A stretch of 64,000 nt of DNA, from NCBI GenBank assembly GCA_022711115.1, contig JAKLFP010000002.1:207674-271673 (forward strand). Reading direction: 5' to 3'. Positions 58,501-64,000 of this stretch are shown here, one piece after another. This DNA comes from Candidatus Omnitrophota bacterium. Lineage in GTDB: Bacteria; Omnitrophota; Omnitrophia; Omnitrophales; Aquincolibacteriaceae. The notes below the pieces were generated by a model. The model was given only the letters and a program-made list of their open reading frames with translations. It did not search any database and was not told where the DNA came from. Position numbers and translations under genes: made by a program. Position 1 is the first letter of the stretch; each line of letters opens with the position of its first letter.

Positions 58501-61500
58501 TTTTTTGCAATGTGCCATTACCAGTAGAAACAAGCCAATCAGCGACGTTCAGCCTAAGCTCTTTCGTAACACCTGTTCGAAAAACTTCCTCTTGCATCCA
58601 ATAAAATTCGGCCATTTGCTTTGTCCCAAAATTATGGTAAGTTTTTGGATCTTTGGGGTCCCAAAAAATAACAGCCGTGCCTTTTTTCCCATTTTTTCCT
58701 TCATATTCAAACGTCAGATAAAGCCGCCCATCGAAACGCTTTTCGAGTTTAGTGACGTAAATAGAAGCAAGATCATTAATCGCACCAACTGAAAATCGTT
58801 TATTCAATCTATTCCCATCAGGAAGGCGAGCAGCCTCTTGCAATTCGCCACTCCCCATTCCCACAAGCCAATCAGAAACGTTTAGTCTAAGTTTTTTCGT
58901 AATCCCTGTTCGAAACACTTCCTCCTGCATCCAGTAAAATTCTGTCATTTGTCGCGTCCCAAACTTCTGGTATGTCTGTGGATTTTTCTGATCCCAAAAA
59001 ATAACTGCGGTACCGTCCTTACCATTTTTCCCTTTATACTCAAATGTCAGATATAGCCGGCCATCGAAATGTTTTTCGATCTTTGTAAGATGAATAGAAG
59101 CAATATCCATAATGGCTCCCACGGGAAGACGGTTGGCTAGTTCAGCACCTCCAGGTAACCGGGCAGACTCTAGCAATATTCCTCTCCTCAGATACACAAG
59201 CCAATCAGCAACATCAAGTCGAAGCTCTTTGGCAACCCCTGTCCGCATGACTTCTTGAATAAGTGCTAAAAATTCGCGATGCTTTTGATTCTTTTCCACA
59301 TTTGAAAGCTCAGGCGTAAGATCTTCTTTTCCCCTCACCTCCGAGCGATGAACAAGGCTTGCGACATCCGTCACCCAGAATTTCTTAACGCTGTCAATCC
59401 CTACATCCCGGATTTCTACAACATCCCATGTCTTGCGGAATGGCTGGATGTAATGCGTGGCCAGGTTGCCCGAGGTCATGACTTGATATTTGGGTTCTTT
59501 GTCAAGCGCTTCGGTGGAGGCAAGAACTTTATTCTCTTCCTGAACCGTTGAATAGTGTTTGACATATATTTTCTGAACACCGGTCTCGCTGAGCACAAAA
59601 GCTATTTTTTGTATTAGGGCCTGAATCCATCCTTGATAAACTTTCCGTTGCTCAGGTGTAAGATGGTGCATTCCCCGGCTGGACTGAATCTCATCAATAT
59701 AAAGTGCTTTTTCACCATCCACATTCACCTGCAAAGCGATGAAACGTCCCAAAGAGCCTTGTGTTGGCAAATAGCTTAACCCCTGCTCCATATTCAACAT
59801 TTTGAGTTCCGGCCTTTTTTCGATCTCTTCAGAATCCGGAAACACATGGAAGGATATAAAATGGGTGTCGACGCGATGTCCTGTAGCGGCAAAACCACGA
59901 CTCGTAGGATACCAGAATGCATCAACGGTGGCCCTGACCGGCTGGCCGGCTGCATCATTCCATGAAATCTGCGGCGCGTTTTCAATCGCCTGAATCCACT
60001 TCTCCTCGCCTTCCGTAAGTTTTTCTTCGGGAACGAATTCCAACCCAGATCCTTTTTCTGCGACCGGAGCACCTCCTTCTCTCACCTCCGAGCGCGACAG
60101 ATTGATGGTACGCTTGTCGCTGCGAATTTGAATATTATAAGTCTCTCCAAGAATCGTTATCCGGCCACCTTTTATGGGTGGGTGATCCCACGAATGGCTC
60201 CAAGCTTCTTTGACCCCGATACTTGGTTTACCGTCGACAAATTCAAAAATGAGATCAAAAAGATCAATTTTATAATGACGATCTCCCTCTTCATGCCGGA
60301 CGATGTCCGATCTAAAAATTTCGTAATATCCCCTTTTATCCGCACCGTTCGTTGCCTGCGACCATTCAGCTTCGGCATATTTGATTTCTTGACCCAACAG
60401 GATCTCCTTCCACTTCGGAATCACCCATGACCTTACCGATCTTATTTCAGAACGTCCAACCGGTTGAGAACGAGTGCCCGTTTTTCTTTGTACTAACACG
60501 AAAAACTCGCCTGCTGTCACATCCTTGAGTTCATTACCACCGATCCCTTGAGATGCAAAAAAGCCGGCTTGACTCTGAAAGGACAAAAATTCCAGACCCT
60601 GCTCGGTTCCATAAGAAGCTATGGCCTCCCAATGAGGATCGGACGTGATATCGACTTCGCCAGGTTTTTCATACATAAAATAGTCATCGCGTAGAATCAG
60701 CCAAGCAAACGGATTAAGACGCGCAAAGATTCTCGAGAGCCCCTTGGGCAATCTTCGATACCACTCATATATTTTGTCTTTAATCTCACCCTTGAGAAAT
60801 TGATTGATCCTGACATTCTTTATTTTCCACGGACCGATTACGAATGGCCTGTCACTGGCAAAACTCCTGACAGATAATTTCGTAAATTGTTTTGCAAAGC
60901 CAAAATAGTCGATGGTGATGACGGATCCGGCTTCAAGCCGTTCCGCGACATTCTTCTGCCATTCCAAGGCGTGAAGATTGACCGCGATTTCACCGCCACG
61001 ATCTAATACCTTTGCTCCTGATTCACCGAGACGCGCAAGATAGTCTAGAATCGCAGATTCATTCTGCGCATCTAACGAATCAAAAATTTCTTGCAACTTC
61101 CCTCCTTCATTCACCATGACATAAGCCTCGACCAACTTCCCAGTCTTCTTGTCCTTTCGAACACGATGCACCGGTAATGCATCCGGAAGTTCATTAGAGA
61201 CAAAAACACCTTTGATTCCTTTCGCAAGATCGAGATCCGGTGCGTAGGCGGAGCCGAGAACCCATCGAACAGGTTCTCTGACAAGGCGGGGATGCTGAAC
61301 GTTTTCAATCAATCCTTTGCTCGAATCAACGATAACGTATTCGAATCCCTTGCTCGAATAAAGATCCGTTTTCTTCAAGTGCTCCAGAATGGCTTTCGCC
61401 ATTGCCCCCGTTCCAGCCCCCATTTCAACCACCTTGAAATTATCCGGTCGGCCCAGCCGTTCCCACTCGGAAACAATAGCCTGCCCGAGTCCTGTTCCAA

Positions 61501-64000
61501 AAGTTTCAGGTGCGATCATGGGAAACGTATAAAAATCTTGTTCTCGATTTACTCCAATCTTTGCAATATTCTCACCATAATATCCGGCTCCATAAGCGTT
61601 TAAGCGCATGAATGCTTCGAAAGTCACCATGTTCCCTTGCGCGCGAATGGCCGTTACCACAGGATTTTCCGTAATCCTCAATTCCGAACGAGTCATAAGA
61701 TGGTCATATTTTTTAACCGCAACAAGAATATCAGGGCGTCCAAGCTGAGCAAATTGTTCGGCCATGGGTCTTAATCGCGCAAAGACTTTTTGAGCGCCAT
61801 CGAGATTACCATTCGCCACCATGTCGGCAAAATCCGCGATCGCCCGAACTAATTCGCCCCGCGAAGTCACTCTTCCAGTTGAGAAATCCTTCATGTTCGC
61901 CGCTATTTCCATTAAAGTAGTGCCGGAAACATCCGCTCCCGGCTTCAGCGAATCACGCTGCAACATGTGAAGTCCCATATCGACGGCAAAATCCACATCT
62001 TCGCCTTGAAGCATGCCAATGAAGCGGTTCATTTTTATCGAAATATCCTGAGCGCGGGCCTCATCTAAAACGTTTTGGCCTTTCGCGGCAAATTCACTTA
62101 TTGAATCCTGGGCTAATTGATAATTAGGGGAAAAAGCCGTCACCGCCGATAAAAAGCTCAAAATCGAATGAGCTGCATCCCCTCGGGAAGTATGGCCACG
62201 TTGAAGCATGTTCTCTGCCGCACTAACACGGCTTAGAGTTTCAATGATTGCATCCTGATGAGGCAATTTCCCGTAAACCAAATCATCGAAAAGACCTACG
62301 CTCTGGATCACTGCCTGAACTAAAACTTCCTCAGCATCTTTCTCACCCTTCAAGGATTCAAATGCTGCCAACTCACGACGAGCAGCCTCAAACGCTTTAT
62401 CCAATGCAAGCAAAGTTGCGGCTCGATTACTTCGGAATGGCAAATCAAAGGGCTCCAGATATAGAGATAAATTTTTCAAAACTGTTTCACTCAAGGGAGC
62501 CGGCGTTTTACCTTTCAAACCATTAAATAGCTCCTGCGCCTTGATAAAATCACCCGCTAGCATGGCCTCCTGCATGGCATCCAATACCATTAATTTTTCA
62601 CTTTTCCCTCTCATTTCAGATCGGGTTCTTTGAGACGCTTCGCGCGTCACTGAAATCTGTGGTTTTTCAATCGTTGTTGGCATGTTTGACGCAGGCATCG
62701 CTGTTGGAACCGTCTGGGCCGCCATGGCTGCAAGCAGTTTTTTCGCAAAATAATTGTATTCCGCCATGCGGTACGGGTTTTGTCCAAACACTTTATGCCG
62801 CGCCTCATCGATCGCGATTTTACGAAGCGGCTTAATTGCCAGTTGGAAGGAACGTGTGATCAAGCGCGTCGCCATATAGCACATCACTCCGAAAATTCCG
62901 GCTACCCCCGCCGAAGCAATCCCCATCTTGCTCCAAAGGCGATCCATGATCGCGCCGATTAAAGCGGAAAAAACAGAAGCGATCAGGATGTAGCTTAGCG
63001 CGCGCCCAAACTGATAAGTCACTTGCTGCCAAACGGGCACTTGGATAAGCGTGCTTTCGGACTTTAAGCCAAGCCAGGAGATCATATTCCCGCTTTCAAA
63101 ATTTTTCACGGCCTGACGCGCAAGGAGGATGGCTTTGCCGACGATCTCCTCTTTCTGTGACAACTCCGCACCCACAAAAGCGGCCACGAATTGCTGAAAG
63201 GCATCACTCAGAAAATAACCGTTGCGATCGAGCTCATTTTCCAAACGTTCTCCAGGCTGCATAAAATGAGCCTGCGGGTGCTCCTGAAGCCATGTGCTGG
63301 ATGTGTGCCGGTCGAGGACTGACTGAATAAGTTTGTCATAAAAATAAACGGCCAAATTCTTATCTTTGAATAAATTCTCAGGCTTCATGATCTTTTTCGA
63401 AACAAGAAATCTTCCAAGCTTCTTGTCCTGTTCCGACAGAGTTCCTAACTGTGCTGGTTCCGCCCTCATCTCGGAGCGGGGTTTGCCTTGGGAAACTTGC
63501 GATGGTCTTGTGACGGGTCCTTCCTTAATGGCTTTTGCGATATCCCGCCTAATAGCTTCCACGGACCTCGGACGCCATTCTTGCTTTGATTTTGCCGTGT
63601 GCGGCGCACTTTTCGTTGAAGGTTTAGCTGCTTTGACCGAGGCGGCTGGAGTTTCTGCCGCTTTCTTAGCCGGCGTTATTGTCGCCGGAATTTTTTGAGA
63701 AGCAACGGTTGCTTTGATGGCCCCCGAAACCGCATTGGTTCCCGACTGCAGCACCGGAGCTGGAGTTCTTATGGTCATCCCCGGCAACGGAGAAGGGATT
63801 CCAATCGCCGCAAACATCGTCGTCGGAGAAACACGGTTGGTCACCGCAGACGCGACTCGAACCGCTTCGGAGATACCATTGGTGATCGCGTTAAGCTTGG
63901 CAATCGGAGGCGCGACGTTAGTTCCGCTCGTCGCAATCATGACTTCCGATGGCGGATAAAGGACATCCACTGCTTTTGCCCATGCTAATGCCTTGGCAAA
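55505..64000 (-). CDS. giant membrane-anchored multidomain protein (at least 2,831 aa, N-terminus beyond the window). It has a MidA/NDUFAF7-like SAM-methyltransferase domain and six ~110-aa tandem repeats.
   Basis: A single uninterrupted reading frame with no stop before position 64000. A Pro/Ala/Lys-rich low-complexity N-region is followed by two TM helices (about 62,850-63,015). The MidA-like block (about 60,570-61,630) carries DFYTFPMIAPETFG, VVEMGAGTGAMA, and DITSD. The repeats lie at about 57,270-59,285, and a C-terminal region of about 590 aa follows. Confidence 0.75.
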   Translation of the reverse strand, partial: FAKALAWAKAVDVLYPPSEVMIATSGTNVAPPIAKLNAITNGISEAVRVASAVTNRVSPTTMFAAIGIPSPLPGMTIRTPAPVLQSGTNAVSGAIKATVASQKIPATITPAKKAAETPAASVKAAKPSTKSAPHTAKSKQEWRPRSVEAIRRDIAKAIKEGPVTRPSQVSQGKPRSEMRAEPAQLGTLSEQDKKLGRFLVSKKIMKPENLFKDKNLAVYFYDKLIQSVLDRHTSSTWLQEHPQAHFMQPGERLENELDRNGYFLSDAFQQFVAAFVGAELSQKEEIVGKAILLARQAVKNFESGNMISWLGLKSESTLIQVPVWQQVTYQFGRALSYILIASVFSALIGAIMDRLWSKMGIASAGVAGIFGVMCYMATRLITRSFQLAIKPLRKIAIDEARHKVFGQNPYRMAEYNYFAKKLLAAMAAQTVPTAMPASNMPTTIEKPQISVTREASQRTRSEMRGKSEKLMVLDAMQEAMLAGDFIKAQELFNGLKGKTPAPLSETVLKNLSLYLEPFDLPFRSNRAATLLALDKAFEAARRELAAFESLKGEKDAEEVLVQAVIQSVGLFDDLVYGKLPHQDAIIETLSRVSAAENMLQRGHTSRGDAAHSILSFLSAVTAFSPNYQLAQDSISEFAAKGQNVLDEARAQDISIKMNRFIGMLQGEDVDFAVDMGLHMLQRDSLKPGADVSGTTLMEIAANMKDFSTGRVTSRGELVRAIADFADMVANGNLDGAQKVFARLRPMAEQFAQLGRPDILVAVKKYDHLMTRSELRITENPVVTAIRAQGNMVTFEAFMRLNAYGAGYYGENIAKIGVNREQDFYTFPMIAPETFGTGLGQAIVSEWERLGRPDNFKVVEMGAGTGAMAKAILEHLKKTDLYSSKGFEYVIVDSSKGLIENVQHPRLVREPVRWVLGSAYAPDLDLAKGIKGVFVSNELPDALPVHRVRKDKKTGKLVEAYVMVNEGGKLQEIFDSLDAQNESAILDYLARLGESGAKVLDRGGEIAVNLHALEWQKNVAERLEAGSVITIDYFGFAKQFTKLSVRSFASDRPFVIGPWKIKNVRINQFLKGEIKDKIYEWYRRLPKGLSRIFARLNPFAWLILRDDYFMYEKPGEVDITSDPHWEAIASYGTEQGLEFLSFQSQAGFFASQGIGGNELKDVTAGEFFVLVQRKTGTRSQPVGRSEIRSVRSWVIPKWKEILLGQEIKYAEAEWSQATNGADKRGYYEIFRSDIVRHEEGDRHYKIDLFDLIFEFVDGKPSIGVKEAWSHSWDHPPIKGGRITILGETYNIQIRSDKRTINLSRSEVREGGAPVAEKGSGLEFVPEEKLTEGEEKWIQAIENAPQISWNDAAGQPVRATVDAFWYPTSRGFAATGHRVDTHFISFHVFPDSEEIEKRPELKMLNMEQGLSYLPTQGSLGRFIALQVNVDGEKALYIDEIQSSRGMHHLTPEQRKVYQGWIQALIQKIAFVLSETGVQKIYVKHYSTVQEENKVLASTEALDKEPKYQVMTSGNLATHYIQPFRKTWDVVEIRDVGIDSVKKFWVTDVASLVHRSEVRGKEDLTPELSNVEKNQKHREFLALIQEVMRTGVAKELRLDVADWLVYLRRGILLESARLPGGAELANRLPVGAIMDIASIHLTKIEKHFDGRLYLTFEYKGKNGKDGTAVIFWDQKNPQTYQKFGTRQMTEFYWMQEEVFRTGITKKLRLNVSDWLVGMGSGELQEAARLPDGNRLNKRFSVGAINDLASIYVTKLEKRFDGRLYLTFEYEGKNGKKGTAVIFWDPKDPKTYHNFGTKQMAEFYWMQEEVFRTGVTKELRLNVADWLVSTGNGTLQKTMLFPNGDTLNEQLHIGVIKDLVSIYLTKLEKRFDGRLYLTFEYEGKNGKKDTAVIFWDPKDPKTYHDFGTRQMAEFYWMQEEVFRTGVAKNLRLDAADWLVYMKQGRFLKETLRPDGHKLDVSFSIGTTDLVWIYLTKIEKRDDDRLSLIFEYKNKSENDKESRVVIIWDPQNPKTYQRFDQGKGKTILSKTEKETNLLEVLEGMRKVWHTGIAKDLRLDVADWFVEMGRGTLQRVAPLPLDGVKLGSTPTIGAGAGLVSIYLIKIEKRSGRLYLTFEYEGENEKKGTTVIFWDPRDPKKYHSFGTRQMAEFYWMQEEVFRTGITKKFQLDVAFWLVSMRYGRLQKTTLLPDGTELGSVFPIGAVGSLASIYLTKIEKPEDGRLYLTFTYEDEDGSPGWSTLVWDRSAKTYKVFDKSAPTQSVNRAKGKIWETVGTVFAKYLVIGRETSVKPPIRSADGATLFPDLVLDGQILDFKWGKAIADIVKTINKYYKASLLKENQGEVKPVNSKNPILILGLKRNAACCADVETSDYYYVSLLDVFDPNSKDPGVRYFQKLFGLGRADHDPKVLEGFRRVFENLKVLLDANLPDKQEIVEHFSELVVDLSEIDPQAESRTITEKLLWFNGLLVKEIDRDAQLPLAMRLEEQAGLDAWDAQIGDKEPALAVTRSEVGLAENPLVGLMEKGQIEKVTLQEPFDEAKFRSELRELGQKGLEREKTQFNLFRDAFMNKLLGLDADAIVILVNSDLTGQLKNIGRYGDADALSARIQMVVMGGSEVFVEPTRYADMSGRLDQGKIAHDKAMLDTALGQLLQNNKSPSFSVLMNHPGKDAEAVLNMLALMKPSQVIIFYNQRKGERIGIGWNKAGPVTPVAVDAKNLNIRMANVRRAHQELLVASWTQDIGVKDAGIYSILAEISQISDAGLKELALTAVRYALLKYVSLEPEKQKQIMLKPELIKSELEQSGVMKFIKITSDGRLYLAIQEMVDNYQAQASVKTAA
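57270..59285 (-). repeat. six in-frame tandem coding repeats (about 330-370 bp each) inside the giant ORF
   Basis: Recurring FYWMQEEVFRTG...LRL.V.DWLV...G.L......P.G..L......G.......IYLTKIEKR.DGRLYLTFEYEGKNGKKGTAVIFWDPKDPKTY..FGT.QMAE units. A DNA-level recurrence of atccagtaaaattctgccat appears at about 57,556, 58,266, 58,599, and 58,930. Confidence 0.85.

Noticed and set aside
57464-58792. Three similar plus-strand ORFs (57,464-57,763; 58,145-58,432; 58,505-58,792) of 95-99 aa
   Set aside because: They are antisense reading-frame shadows of the tandem coding repeats in the giant minus-strand gene. Their similarity to each other reflects the DNA repeat, not separate genes.
57270-59285. CRISPR array
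   Set aside because: The repeats are about 330 bp, in frame, and protein-coding. They are not short direct repeats with unique spacers. No cas genes are present.

Overview
This 64 kb window comes from an anaerobic bacterium with moderate GC content. It carries PFOR, an ADP-forming acetyl-CoA synthetase and a class III RNR (NrdD/NrdG). The organism may belong to a candidate phylum such as Omnitrophota, but that is a guess. Nearly all genes lie on the minus strand. Reading from the left, the window contains:

- the rplT-rpmI-infC-thrS translation block, at the left end
- two tandem Hsp20 genes, preceded by a sigma-54-like promoter
- tRNA-Val, followed by a cluster of small secreted and membrane proteins of unknown function
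- a complete type IV pilus / T2SS-like machine, 7.7-18.6 kb (PilB/GspE, PilC/GspF, major pilin, a LamG-PilX-like minor pilin, two pilins, a fused PilM-PilN (GspL-like), PilO, PilP, secretin, ExeA/GspA, a GspB-like gene)
- a Cache-PAS histidine kinase and a stand-alone receiver upstream of the pilus machine
- a second minor-pilin operon (PilV/W/X/E-like, 22.3-24.1 kb), with three paralogous Cys-containing secreted proteins of unknown family in front of it and a roughly 660 bp AT-rich leader region
- a housekeeping operon: rdgB, rph, queE, queC, murI, an aminotransferase, a lysine-less lipoyl-like protein, lipA, nnrE, and a coiled-coil protein
- dusB, a HAD hydrolase, orn, a YibQ-family deacetylase, miaB, and a CBS-GGDEF protein
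- nrdG and an nrdD apparently split by an in-frame TAA just before its glycyl-radical motif
- a cytidylate-kinase-like protein, the ADP-forming acetyl-CoA synthetase, and PFOR
- a transporter
- a giant ORF of at least 2,830 codons that runs off the right edge; it encodes transmembrane helices, a MidA/NDUFAF7-like SAM-methyltransferase domain, and six tandem ~110-aa repeats

The most notable items are the giant multidomain ORF, the paralogous secreted triplet co-operonic with the minor pilins, and the split NrdD.
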